DNA of 63,175 nucleotides, filler included, from Basidiobolus ranarum (Eukaryota): assembly GCA_040143965.1 (NCBI GenBank). It is 16 parts of 16 records of this genome, joined end to end, with 100 filler letters (N's around TTAATTAATTAA, not from the genome) between each part and the next. Parts side by side here need not be neighbours in the genome. Positions count along the whole stretch, not along the records: positions 35,665 to 39,514 come from JASJQH010002250.1; positions 39,615 to 43,464 come from JASJQH010002251.1; positions 43,565 to 47,413 come from JASJQH010002252.1; positions 47,514 to 51,357 come from JASJQH010002253.1; 12 more parts are not named here. One strand, written 5' to 3'. Positions 36,461 through 49,446 of the stretch are shown here, piece after piece (positions within the stretch are counted from its first letter, which is position 1; every line of letters begins with the position of its first letter). A model generated the notes under the pieces. That model was not told the DNA's origin, ran no database searches, and saw only the letters and a list, made by a program, of their open reading frames with translations. A program made the translations under genes and the position numbers.

Positions 36461-36553
36461 CTTTCCAATATCCTAATTAATAAGTCACATTGACTTTCCA
36501 ATATCCTAATTAATAACCCACATTGACTTTCAAATATCCTAATTAATAAATCC
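36461..36553. repeat. Minisatellite, 33-bp unit x ~2.8
   Basis: CTTTCCAATATCCTAATTAATAAGTCACATTGA repeated. Confidence 0.85.
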
Positions 36554-38496
36554 AACCTTTAACATTGCATTCTAATACTTCATTGATAAAATGGTATCAG
36601 CCGTGTTGATGAAGATAAATGGGGTAAGATAAGCTGGTAGCAGCTATGTTGATGAAGATTAATAAGGTAAGAGAAGCATATGTTTCAATCATGCGAATAT
36701 TCTGGAACTTAAGCATATTTATCCGGTGGAGTGTTACTAATATTTAAGAAAAACTAGAATGTACAATTTCCCTTATTAGATATCACTTGAAAACAATATG
36801 TCTCAGAGAACATTTGGTCTCCATTAATGAATTGCTCATATATCCGAAAGCCTTCCAAATTGGCGTGATAGTTCCCCAGCCATTTATTGCTCTTATATGC
36901 TCCTTAATTATTGACGTTAAGAGAAGTGATGGAGTTCAGCTGACTATTATCTCGCAACATCTCCCTAGGAGTGGATCTAAGCCCTTGATTCTAACATTAT
37001 TCTCCAACTGAGTTATCTCCTTGATTATTTCTACCCGACTGTGTTGACTCTTACAGAAGGTATCGAACTGGGAATCAGCCTATACGAAGTCTGTGATAAA
37101 TTTACTAATGGCAGCTGAGTTTTCGATAATTATGCCAAGACTGGTAGCCCATGCGTCACTGACACCCCTCAACGTGAGGGTAGTGATAGTGGTAATCGTG
37201 GATCCAAGAATGAGCATATTAGCGTGTGTGTTGACTGCATGTATTGGCTGATTTAATCTTTGCAATCCCAACCACTTACTCTATTATTAACATTTTCTCG
37301 GGAAACCTCTAATTTAATCCAAATTTTGCATGATATGCAGTTAATAAATACTACTACTTTACAACAGTACTGCTCTACATACACACATACATTAGATGAC
37401 TGAGAAAAAAGTGATAAAAAAACCTGGACATTTACTGCATGAAAGAAACATTAAAGTGCGGGGCCTTAACACTGTCCATTCAGGAGAAATTAGCATGATA
37501 GATCTGACTAATGTAAATGATAGCGTTGGTCCAAGTTTAAAAGACATGCAGTTACAAGCGCTCTCCTCGAGAGAGATATATATGTGCTTGACTCGAAATG
37601 AGTATATTAATATGATTGACATGCGAACCAGGAAGTCAGAGACATTTGTGCATTAAATTGTTAGGTTCAACGATCGGACCTAGCATTACGACTTTAACTA
37701 TAAGAAAAACATTCTAAATATCTGTCAATGCTCTGATGACTTTCTTTCATGAAGATGGCCGTTTTGTTATAATTACTCTCAACATATATATGATTAGCCA
37801 GATCTTAAACCAGTCAGCTAACTTGATTATATCACTTTGGTAGCATTAAAACTTGTTTACACATAAATTTATTTTAATGCTCTATTTTTAGTGCTACGGA
37901 TTGTTTTATCGCAGCGATCATTCAGAATAAATTCCATATCACTGAAACCTCTCAAATTCTAAAACCTTGTCCGGATTAGGTTTCATGTTTCAGTTAATGT
38001 TTGCAGTATATCCAGATAGTGGATACCTCTAATTTTATGTCTTCTCTTGGGATACAATGATAGTATGCATAGCATCACTGAAACCTCACCTGGTTTCAGA
38101 TTAATATATTCTCTGAGTATCTAGATATCGGATACCTCTTCAATTTTAATTCCCTTAGTTATCTCATTATATCCTGTCCCATCCTAGATTAACGTGGTAA
38201 ATCTTTATCTGATGAAATCTCGTGTAACAGTCATGTCCTGGATGAGGAAAAGTGAGGAATGGGAGATATGTGTATGGCATAATGTTAAAGCTTCACACGG
38301 GAAACTAGCTGAGCGTTAATAGAGGTGAGCTTTTATCGACCTATCTTTCCACGTTTACGCACTTATCAAGACTGAGGCCTACTGTCGAAGACAAGTAAGA
38401 ATCTCGTCTAGAAAACGCTAGCACAAATGACTGTGAATTTCTTAAGGTATCATCAGCGTGTACTAGTAGAGACAGTTAGTAAAATGGTTATGGTAT

Positions 38497-38515
38497 TATA
38501 TATATATATATATAT
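38497..38515. repeat. (TA)9 microsatellite upstream of GFA1
   Basis: Directly visible TA run. Confidence 0.9.
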
Positions 38516-38839
38516 CGGCAGGTAATACCAAATAAATGACACAAAAGAAAGAAAATTATAATTAGAAAATGTGAATGTAATTGTCTGGATTAGTAAGCCT
38601 GCTAAAACCCTGCAACTGAAACATCTCGCGTCATTTTGACATTCGTGATCAAGATGATTAGAAGGCTGTACAATAACTGCCCGGCCGAAGGAAGTACCAC
38701 CATGACTGAACTCACATTACCTTTACCTATGACCAGTACAATTCCAATATAAATGTCTCCTTATGTCTCTTCACCTTTCTCCAGTTTACAACAGACTGTG
38801 AATCACCTTCAACTCTTGCATACAACTTATCAACTGACA

Positions 38840-39514
38840 ATGTGTGGAATCTTTGCCTACCTCAACTTCCTTGTCGAAAAGGACAGAAAGTACATCCTTG
38901 AGACTCTCCTCAACGGTCTATCTCGCCTTGAATATCGTGGTTACGATTCAGCCGGTATGTGCTATACTGACCCATCATCAATCTACAGATGGTTAATTAT
39001 TTACAATAATTTAGGTTTGGCCATTGATGGAGATAATGAAAACGAAGTTTTAATCTACAAGCAAGTTGGTAAGGTAGCCGCTCTGCGTAAAGAAATTCAG
39101 GATCAAGTTAATCTTGATGTATCTAAGTCTTTTCTAAATCATGTGAGTATGGCACATACACGTTGGGCTACTCATGGTCAACCTTCTCCTATCAATGCAC
39201 ACCCTCAACGTTCGGACACTAAAAATGAATTCACTGTTATTCATAACGGTATCGTCACCAACTTTAAGGAGTTATTAACTATTCTAAAGAACAAGGGATA
39301 TACCTTCGAGTCTGAGACAGATACTGAAGCTATTGCCAAGCTTGCCCAATACATTTTTGATTCTCAAAAGGCCCAAAACAATACCCTCACCTTTCCTGAC
39401 CTCATCAAGAGTGTTTGTTAAGAATTAGAAGGTGCCTTTTCTTTGATCTTCAAGAGTGTTCACTTCCCTAACGAAATTGTAGCCGCTCGCAGAGGTTCAC
39501 CTCTTCTTGTTGGT
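38840..39514 (+). CDS. GFA1: Glutamine:fructose-6-phosphate amidotransferase, 5' part (intron 38955-39014; in-frame TAA at 39419-39421; possible pseudogene)
   Basis: [45 protein letters not shown]; after the TAA the same frame continues [31 protein letters not shown]. Confidence 0.93.
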
Positions 39515-39614
39515 NNNNNNNNNNNNNNNNNNNNNNNNNNNNNNNNNNNNNNNNNNNNTTAATTAATTAANNNNNNNNNNNNNNNNNNNNNNNNNNNNNN
39601 NNNNNNNNNNNNNN

Positions 39615-39724
39615 TGTTTCCAAAATGGTAAATAACATCGTGCCGGATAGTGCCCAATCATGCCAATTTGTGCTGGCACACTTTTTAGCTGGCCTGATCT
39701 GGCTCAATAAAATGGAACAAGTCT
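39615..39724 (+). mobile_element. Right end of the ISL2/Harbinger-like transposon
   Basis: Ends TGGAACAAGTCT; near-identical to 55826-55934 and rc of 48653-48765. Confidence 0.75.
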
Positions 39725-41255
39725 TATGCACTTATTATTCAAAAAGATTCCAATCCTACTTTCTAGCTGTAAAGTGGAAGAGTCAATATAAATGACCCAT
39801 TCAAGATAGGATCAAAGTTTGAATCAATTGGCATAATGCTTGAAAACTTCAAGATTCCATCATATATTACCAGGACTCCCATCAATCTCCACTCATCTAG
39901 GTGTTTATTCCAATAAAAATACTAGAAATATTGCATATGCATAATGATAAGTGGAATCTTGAAAGGATTTCTGCCTGATAAGTATTGGCAAAATTGTGAC
40001 TTATTTGCAGATATTGTTAATATGTTGTTACAGCATCAGCTTACATTGGCAGATCTCAGGCAGACTTAGCAACTGCATGAGGGTTTTGTAATTTGATATG
40101 AAAACCCATATTACAGTTTAAAAGAAGATAAACTGAACATGTGCCAGTATGCAATACATTTCCTGCTACATCTTTCACATTGCTTAGAGATTATAGACCC
40201 TTGCTACATGTTCTGCGAGTTCCCAATGAAGTGCACCTGTGTTGCAATGAGGCTCTATGTCAAATTGTTAGTTTTAACAAATGCTAATCTTATTAACAAT
40301 GTATCAGCAAAATCAGTCATGGATGTAACACAATGGGCTCAGGAGATTTTAGAGTATATTAACCTTTCAACAAAGTGCTCTTTTCAATGTGCTCTTATGT
40401 TTTTGCATTGTTTGAGCACAATATAAGCAACAAAACTAAATCCATGGACACAGAGTAAGCACCTCAATAATTAGGCTAACTTGATTGTGTGATAATCTGA
40501 CTGTATTTCTAGGAATGCTGTACAGTATAAGTTTCAAATTATTTCAATACCATCTATCATTTTGGGACCCAAATTGCTGGTAGCTATATATAGCTTCCTA
40601 GAGCCTCTGATGGTGGAATTTCAATGTTTTCTAAAGGTGATCTGATGGGGGAATATTTTTAAAGCTAATATCATTTTATGTATTGATGACCCCTATGCCA
40701 ACATTAAGCTTGGAGGTTTTTGTGATCACAGTCTACTATCTTGCTGTTAATTTTGTCAAATCAATGGAGCTTACTCTACCCAGCATAAATATTACTACTA
40801 TTTAAATTCAACTCTAAACTCCATGATCCCAACAGATTTGATCATGTACACTGATATCAATTCACCAAATAGTTGATCTATTTTCAAATTTGGAATTAGT
40901 CATAAACCTGAGATTATATTGTTAGAGGGGATCCACTGGAGCCAGAGCTTCCCAAGTGTCATTATACACTTTCTCCAACAACATATGAATAATGCTAACT
41001 TAGCTGTGTAGTGGATAATTCAATCTGAACAAGCCATACAAGATAGGCTCAAGCTTGAATCAACTGGGAATATGCTTGAGAGTGTCATGGTACCGTCATA
41101 TCTGATAAGCACTCCAATTAATATCTATTCATCTGGGTATTTATTTAAATGCAAGGACTGGAAGTACTGGACTCGTATATATTCAGCTGGAATCTCAAAG
41201 AGGTAGCTGCCTGATATGTACTGGCCACATTGGGAGTTGTTTGTGGATACTGCTT
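39725..41255 (+). mobile_element. CACTA-like transposase remnants (two pieces)
   Basis: MHLLFKKIP, HFLLHLSHCLEII..EFPMKCTC, YSSGYLFKCKDWKYW; homologous to 23803-24750. Confidence 0.8.
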
Positions 41256-43250
41256 CCCTGACAAAAAAAAATTGATTTGCCCCAGATGGGATCCAGCCTT
41301 TCAAATTGTAAAACTGTCAGAGGACCATCACAATATCGGTGGCTTGCATTCTGCTAGGGATTTTGCTGGTGTGATGGTGGTTTCTTGATGGTATTTGTAC
41401 TTGTTAAAATATTGATCCTCATATTTGGCATGCTTTAAAAATTTCTGGCAATTCTCACAAAAATAAAATTTTTGTATGGCAAATTACTGGGCTTACTGCT
41501 GTGGGAATTCAAATTAATATGCTTGCTTTTATTTAGATATTTTTGGCTTTATATTGCAGCCATAATAAGAATCAAAAAATACAAGGATCTTGTTGTGTTT
41601 AGTCTCTACATTTAAATATACCTGACTGATCGGACATAAGTCATCAACTTCAACATGCTTTACCAGCAAACTAATGGTGGAAAACTTGCTAAACATCTGA
41701 AATTTTGAATAGCACTGACATTTGGCAAATAGCTGAATATTGTTACCATACACAATGAGAATAAACTCCTGGATATATATGGAAAATTTCTGTAAAGTAT
41801 TCAGCCAATATATCCACAATTTGTAGTCAACAATTGTCCTGCCACAAGTGGATGTGTTATTGCTGGAATAGATAAACCTCATGGCTAAAATAATAATACT
41901 GCATTTCTTGATCTATCTCACCAAGAAGTCTGTCTTGCAGCTTTGCTAGAAATACTATCAGATTATAACACATACAAATTAGTCAAAATTATAGAGGTAC
42001 TTACTCTGTGTCCATGAATTGGGCTTTGTTGCTGTTATTGTGCTCAAACAATGCAAAAACCCATGAGCATAATGAAACAAGCCCTTTGTTGAAAGGTTGA
42101 GAGAGTAGACTCCATTCATTGGACAAAATCTACAGCAAGATACTGCATTGTGTCCACAAAAACCTCTAAGTTTACTGATGGCAGGAATGTCACCAATACA
42201 TACAATGATGAGCACTGGTGATTTTAGACCAGATATGATGGATAGTTTTAAATATTATGACACTTATACCATTCAGAAGGAGGAAGATTTAAGTTAATTA
42301 AAATTATTGGCTAGCAAGCAATTCCAACTGTATATTTTTTTTGCAAGAAACCATCCACAGCCAATGTAGATGCATGATCATGCATGTTCTCAAAGAAATG
42401 TTTACTTTTCAGATTCTGGTAGTGATATCCATCAAGTTTATTGGTACTACCATCAGATTTATGGTGAGTACTTTGGCATTGGATCAATGATCTATATATG
42501 GGTGATTTCATCAAAACTTTGAGACAGGAAATCAAGGGTATGTAAGCCAAATATGAACAATATTTACCTGATTCAGTGATTGCCAATTGTGTGCAAACAG
42601 TACATGACTTCAAATTTTTCAGATCACTGGTGAAAGCTAAACAAACATTTGGACATGAAGGTAGTTTGATTACTGAGGATTATAAGTCATGTTATTGACA
42701 AGTGTTTTCCACTTGTACCAGGTCAGTGGCAAGCAACAGTTGCCAATCAACTGTGGTAAAAGTGTAAGAAAACCAATAAACTCCTGGTTGCTAAGATTGA
42801 ATTGAACTCTCCACTCCTCAACAATCAAAGCAGCTTCCTTTACTGTAAGTCTTATGAGTTGACTAATGCTTGCCAATTACAAGAGTCATCAACAAAACCA
42901 TTGTCTTCATCCTCAACTTCTGATATACTATCATCAGTACTGGAATAACCAAGGTCAACATCTAGCAGCAAGTCCTCAAAGTTGTCTGGACTTACTGGTT
43001 CAGCATGTCCTCAAAGTTATCTGGACTGACTTGTTTGACCAAAGTTGCATTTCTATCTATATCATTCTGGTCATGTAACTGTGGTAACTCCATAGTATCT
43101 TGCCTTTTGGCCATGGTACTAGAACTTTGAGGCAGAGTACAGTCAGTGGACTCAATGGGCAAAACTAAAGTCAATTTAGTGCACTTTTTACTGTTGTTAT
43201 ATGCCAGGCTTTGTGCAGCTGGTGGCTTTGTACAGTGAGTGTGCTTGTGA
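41256..43250 (-). mobile_element. Internally deleted CACTA-like element with CCC terminus at 41256
   Basis: GDIPAISKLRGFCGHNAVSCCRFC; LAVDGF; terminus CCCTGACAAAA. Confidence 0.8.
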
Positions 43251-44503
43251 TTATTTTTGTATTGTGTGTAACAATAAACAATTTATACTGTAACTTACCC
43301 AATCAAATGTATAACCAAGACATTCACATGTTTTTAGGCCAATCATTTGTCCCTTGCTAACACAGTATCCTGTTTTTCAATTGGGCACAACAGCTCCTGC
43401 ATTACAAAACACCAGTAGTTTTGGCACACCGGTGACAAATCACAGCACTCAATGATGGATTGATNNNNNNNNNNNNNNNNNNNNNNNNNNNNNNNNNNNN
43501 NNNNNNNNTTAATTAATTAANNNNNNNNNNNNNNNNNNNNNNNNNNNNNNNNNNNNNNNNNNNNAGGATTTGCCACGACGAATATAGAATACTCCGAACC
43601 AAATGGAGAAAATGACTAATTAGAGGTGTTTAGCTAACGTCTATGGGATTTGCTTGACACAAACCTCATGCTCAGGAGAGCACACCATTGAAATTCTGGA
43701 ACCTCAGATATTTATTGCATTGAGTTACGCCACACGGCATCTCCCTCTTCCTCTATGTGATATGATATATTTCCTTGAACATTCTAAAAGAACAATGACG
43801 AAATTGATTTCGGTTTCCAGTCAAATAGTGATGATGTCTGACTTCTCCTTTGCCAATGGAAATAGTTCGATTTTCCAGGCTAGCTTCCTCAAATATTTTA
43901 CATGATCGAATATGCCCTTAGGGTAGATTAGGTGGGCGCTCCGGCCCAATTCACAAACTGAGATCATGCTAACACCCTTTGAGAACACTTATCCTGGCGT
44001 ACTGATGAAGCATGAAGGTGGTTCTGTCCACTAGATAGTGGGGATTTGTATAAATTTTTATTCAATCTACTTTGTATCTTGTGAATGCGATTAGCTCAGC
44101 ATATCACCATGACTGTGTTGTCTTTAATAATGATGGGATATCTGGTGCTTTCTTGATACTTAATGTGGTAGAATTCGGTCAGGTTGAATTCGAGTGGGGT
44201 GGATGGAATATGGTAACAGGCTTTGATTGTCACGAAAATGTAAGTAATCGGATGATTCCCTAGAAGTTAGATACTCGGTTCTTTTAATTCTTTTTGAAGG
44301 ATCTATAGGCTAGCAACAAGATCAATCCCTTGGTAACTTTAGAAATTTCGTTGCCCACTTGACAAGTTAGGGAATTGGTACTATAGGTGGCTGAACCTAT
44401 AAGGGAATGTCTCGATACATCTTTGGTTGTTTTCTTCTTATTGCCATGTCCTGGAATCCAACTATAAATGTATGAATGTCTCTTCACTTTTTAGTCAACT
44501 ACG

Positions 44504-45069
44504 ATGGATATCAAGTTAATACTGAATACCCAAAGTTGCAACACTTTTAGTAACTCCCACGCTATCGTAAACCAAGGACCTAAGAGAATCTTCGTTTGTT
44601 CATGGAATGGCTGTGAAAAATCTTTCTTTCGGAGCCCAGATCTACAGAGACATCAGCGAATTCACAGTGGAGAGAGACCTTACAAGTGTAGTTGGTGTAT
44701 CAAAAGGTTTATTCAACAATCGGCATTAAATGTGCACATTCGGATACATACGGGAGAAAAACCATATATTTGTGATCGGATTGGTTGCAATAGAGCTTTT
44801 AGTAATGTAAATTTCAGACAACTGAACAACCATGTTTCCTTCAAATAACTTACTAAAGTTTCTCTCAGTCATCATCATTAGTGAGGCACAGACGAATTCA
44901 CACTGGAATAAAGCCATACCAATGTGATTACCCAGGCTGTCCCAAAGAATTCACCAGAAGAACCACTCTGACTAGACATCGGCGGCATCATAACGCTGGC
45001 CTACAGCGTCTGGTAGGCAACGATCGCACTAATCAAAATGAACCTGTTTCTCTCGAACGTTCCAATTGA
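44504..45069 (+). CDS. Small C2H2 zinc-finger transcription factor (4 fingers, ~167 aa; intron 44807-44868)
   Basis: Four CxnC..HxxxH fingers with SGERPY, TGEKPY and TGIKPY linkers; splicing joins FSN to [11 protein letters not shown]. Confidence 0.92.
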
Positions 45070-45677
45070 TAAAAGTCTCCAATTCCAAGACTTTCAATTT
45101 CCTCTCTCAAAGAAGTTGTCACCTTGTATAAAACACCCCCTTTCCAGTCAGTTTCTGGTAGTTATTCCTAAAATATTTACTCTGCTACTGTCGGAGTTTC
45201 TGTATTCTTTGATGACATTGTTCCTTTTGCTCTCTTAGATTGTTCAAGCATACCGGGATCACGATAGATGCTTAAACAAGATCTAACTTGGGTCTGCAAG
45301 TATTGCATTGACACTAATTCTCAGTGGTCGCATAACTTAATGAGGCTAAATAAACATTTTAATCAAAATATTAAAACTTCCTACAAGAATATGCTGATTT
45401 TCATTTTAAGTGAGAATGATTATACGGGCTGAGTGCTACGCTTTCAATATTCATGGGCTGCCAAATATTGCACCAGAAACTGTGGAAGTTACAGTTGAAA
45501 GCGACTAATGTAAGTGGATCATATATGTAATAACAAAATTTCAAAAGATTCTGGAGTAAATTATCAACGGCAACGGTTGAGCACAAAGACAGAGAACTAA
45601 CTGCTACCAGGTTGAACATCGATGTCCTCTGACTAAAAAGCATCCATTAGACTGACTGGTTCCAAACACTTGAAGGA

Positions 45678-46040
45678 TCAGATGGAGTTCCGGTAGGCCA
45701 AAGTGGCTAATAATACCTCCTCTTCATCAATCTCGTCTTCGAGAAATCTACGTACATGTCGAGCCTGTTTCGCAAAGTAATATTTGTATTCGAAAGAGAG
45801 ATCCTGCGGATCAACATTTTGCCCAATGTAGGCTTCTTGATGGTATATCTCATTTCCAGTAGCCAAATGCTCATCGTTAATAACATTGAGGTAGGAACTT
45901 GGCTCATGGTGGGCATCGATTTTCGGACGATTGAGTAGCCCAATATCAATGATATCAGGGCTCAAATAGAGTGGAGACGAGGTGACCTGGTAGAAATAAC
46001 ACAAAACAATACACTTGTAAAGAAAACCATCTTTTCTCAT
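45678..46040 (-). CDS. Hypothetical small protein, possibly secreted
   Basis: ORF with plausible composition; hydrophobic stretch followed by SSPL; acidic C-terminal part; no family recognised; could also start at 46097. Confidence 0.4.
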   Translation of the reverse strand: MRKDGFLYKCIVLCYFYQVTSSPLYLSPDIIDIGLLNRPKIDAHHEPSSYLNVINDEHLATGNEIYHQEAYIGQNVDPQDLSFEYKYYFAKQARHVRRFLEDEIDEEEVLLATLAYRNSI

Positions 46041-47699
46041 TGTAATTAGTCTTAGTTTATGGGGGTATGGAGTGGACAATGGTAGAGACGAAGGCATCTA
46101 GCCATTTATATCGATTTTTACTTTGCTTGGTGTCAAATAAATATTCTGAATTTTTAATATTGATGTTATAATATTTAGGTGGGCGAATAAATCAGCCTTT
46201 GGCGTATATTAATGAAATGATGGTTCTCACTGAATGGGCTTGGATTTGTAGGGCTTCGCAAGTAAAATCTTCAAAAATATATTTGATATATACAGGCCAA
46301 ATTACACCAGACGATGGGTGCTGCGCCTGATAGGATATTCATTCACAATATCAGAGTGTTTCCGCGAGTTTGTGTACCCATTTTAGCTTACTTATTGCTT
46401 CCTGCTTCTTGCCGACCTAGCATCCTTCATTAGCGTGAGGACTCCTGGCCGTTGTGCCAGGTACTGTGTACGGAGAGGCAACTGTTCTGATAAATCTGAG
46501 CTCTGATAAAATAGCCAGAGAATAGAGCGTTTTATGTGATTGTTAATGAAAGCCTATTCATTGGCTCTGTAATATCACTTGCTCATGTAATGAGTCGAAT
46601 GATCATATCGTTGGCGTAATTCATCGCAACAACAATCATCTCTATGCTGGGTTTTGGATTATTTGATTTATACAATAGACTCAGCCAAATAATCACCATA
46701 TTGCATTTTGACAGGCTTCGAATTTGAGACAGGTTTACTAGCAGGAAAAGCATCCAATTTCCTTATGCGGTCGTCAATCTGGTGTCATGAAAAGCTTATT
46801 TTCAATGTTAATTAGGAAATAGGAAGGATAATGACTGAATGGAAAGATCCGGTCCAATGATTGGCCAATTGTATAGAGTTGCTCTGCCAAGATATGATCC
46901 TGATGAATTGCTGCTGGACTGGTTTGATCTGTCTGTTATTAATGCAGCAGCGTGTGCTTATCGATGAGGAATAATAGCGAACAAAATTCCTGGAATATGA
47001 TGCAGTCACTGAGAACATGATTAACGAAATACTAATAGAGCGAGTTTCAATGATCCACGGCTCTGTTTGGTGTCCTTCAGTATGTTTCACGCGAAACTGA
47101 CAAATATATACACACTATAACTTCAACCATACAACCCGGTCATCTGATAGAGTGGGCCTATAGTCTTAACGCTAAACAAATTACATATTTTGGTGATATA
47201 CCTCAACCATTTGTAATGACTGATGATTACATTTGCGTTTGCGTCTCATCCTATATCTAGAATCGTAATGCTCGCTCTTGCTATAATTTGACTTTCTTTT
47301 GGCTTCCCTAGTCTAATAGTTCCAAGTCAAAACTTCGAGCTGCCAACCACAGGCTTAGGAAATCTCGAAATATTCCATCGGACGCTAAGGCAGAGGGGTT
47401 GATCGTAGGGGCTNNNNNNNNNNNNNNNNNNNNNNNNNNNNNNNNNNNNNNNNNNNNTTAATTAATTAANNNNNNNNNNNNNNNNNNNNNNNNNNNNNNN
47501 NNNNNNNNNNNNNATAACTCAAAGATAGCTCATTTTACTCCCACAGATGTTCTGAACACAACCCCAGTGTTAGTTTTCTGTATTTGCACCAAAATGTATG
47601 AGTGCTTCATTTTGGGACATTAATAATCATCTCAAAAAAGCTGTTCACAAGTCCACTTTGGTAAAGTTCCTCCAAACAGCCCATATTTTCCCAATAAAT

Positions 47700-48652
47700 C
47701 AACCCCACACCAAACACTTGAACTTCACCATGACAATCTGGCAGAGCAGACTATGTGTTGGGCCATTAAGGCTGCACAACAACTCAACGTTGCTTGGCAC
47801 TTGAAAGTAGCTATCTCATATGAAAAATAGCAAACCAAAGCACTCTGAATACCAGAGCTGCCAGCAATTGGTCTGATGATGAATAGTTTGTCATTTTGGA
47901 AACTATGCAGAATCTAGCCCAAGCTCACCTTGATTTGATCCATATGTGGAAAAACCAAAAACCAGATGTTACACTGAAACATTTTGACTCTTTTCTTGTT
48001 GCATATCCTGGGTTTTTGAAAGCAAATACCAATTGCACTAGTGTAAGCCTATTCATGAAATATCTCAAAGATGTACACAGTTATTGACTTGGAAAAGTGA
48101 CACAAGCATCTTAAGAAGTACTTGAGGAGCAGGAAGTTAGTAAACCCAAGGGTACAGCAAGGAAGCCAGTGATTATGGGCTCTATTGTCCGAATGACCAA
48201 ATCCTTCAAACCATTACAAAGATCTGTATTTCCAGAGTCAGATATACCATTCAATATACTGGCAAACAGGCTTAATTTTAATACAGAACCAGGTACACCA
48301 GTTGGAAGAGTACTAAATTAAGATGTTTAATAAACACCTGGCACCTCTCAACAAGCCCCAAAAACCAGCAAATAAAACTCATGGTTCTTCAACCTCAACT
48401 GATACTTCTCAAAGTGTTGAAATTAGCCCCAAACATAAGGGTAAGCAAAAAGCCATACTAACACTGCAAAGTACCCTCAGTAGTGGCACACTACAAGGAC
48501 ATATGCCACCAGGAAACATCCTTGAGGAATATTTTCAAAAGTAGGAAGCGAAAAAAACAGTGCAAGTCTGATGAAAGTACCTTCAGGAGAAGAACATTTA
48601 GCTTGACACTCTCTCTGGGATTGACTGTGCAGATATCTGGGAAGAACTTAAT
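47700..48652 (+). mobile_element. Accessory ORF remnant of the CACTA-like family
   Basis: Homologous (rc) to 16680-17540 and 59010-59238; CpG-poor; stop-riddled. Confidence 0.6.
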
Positions 48653-49446
48653 ACACTTGTTCCATCATATTGAGCCAGATTAGGCTAGCTACAAAGTGCG
48701 CCAGCACAAATTGGCTCAATTAGGCACTATCCGGCAAAATGTTATGTACTATTTCAGAAACAGTAGTTTTAAATATGTGATATATTTAGGAAAAGTGCTT
48801 TTAGATATCATTGCACATTCAAAAGATGATGAAAGCTTTATTTATATTGTCTTAAGTCTAGAGCTCTTTATGGATACCTTTGAGTTTATGTGTATTGCAA
48901 CATAATCAAGATTTTGACCACTTTGCCTAACTTTGCTTGAAGCCCACAAAATGATTTTCCTCCATACTTTCCTGCTACAACACTATATCTCTTTAGGCAA
49001 CCAAAGCTATGTTCTACTCCAGCTCCAAATGGGAAAACACTTCAGTAGAAAGCTTTTGCCTTGCTGTGAGTATCCCTCTTCTGGGCCTAGTGTTAGCTAA
49101 GAAACATCCTAGCCTTCTGCATTCTTCACCAACACATGCCAAATCAGCCATAGTCTTCTCATATCTTTCAAATGATGCATGCCTCTCAAGCTAAAGCCTT
49201 TTGTCATGGTGTCACCCTAGATGTGGCCCACCAAAACAGATGATGTTTCCTTCCAAATTCATCAAATCCTGGAACTTTAAACAATGAGCTTTGTACTTGA
49301 CAGAATAGATTGACTTTTGGTTGCTTTTGGGCCAGTTAATTCTCACAGGAAATGTGTCAAGAATATTTCTGATGTGAACTCTATTAAGATATACTGCCAG
49401 AAATGAAAGGAAATTAGAGTCTCTGAATCTTTTGTCCCAGGGACAT
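48653..49446 (-). mobile_element. ISL2/PIF-Harbinger-like (DDE_Tnp_4) transposase pseudogene with right TIR
   Basis: ILDTFPVRINWP..QKSIYSVKYKAHCLKFQ..GPHLG*HHD..MADLACVG..VEHSFGCLKRY gives all three D/D/E positions; terminus ACACTTGTTCCA at 48653. Confidence 0.8.

Noticed and set aside
36780-37660. Stop-interrupted reading frames on both strands
   Set aside because: No recognisable domain or splice model
39419-39421. TAA reassigned to a sense codon (alternative genetic code)
   Set aside because: The aquaporin, M13 peptidase, CUE1 and LAS17 genes all terminate at TAA at the expected C-terminal positions
46200-47413. Possible gene in the CpG-normal end of contig 12
   Set aside because: Only short ORFs with no motif I can support
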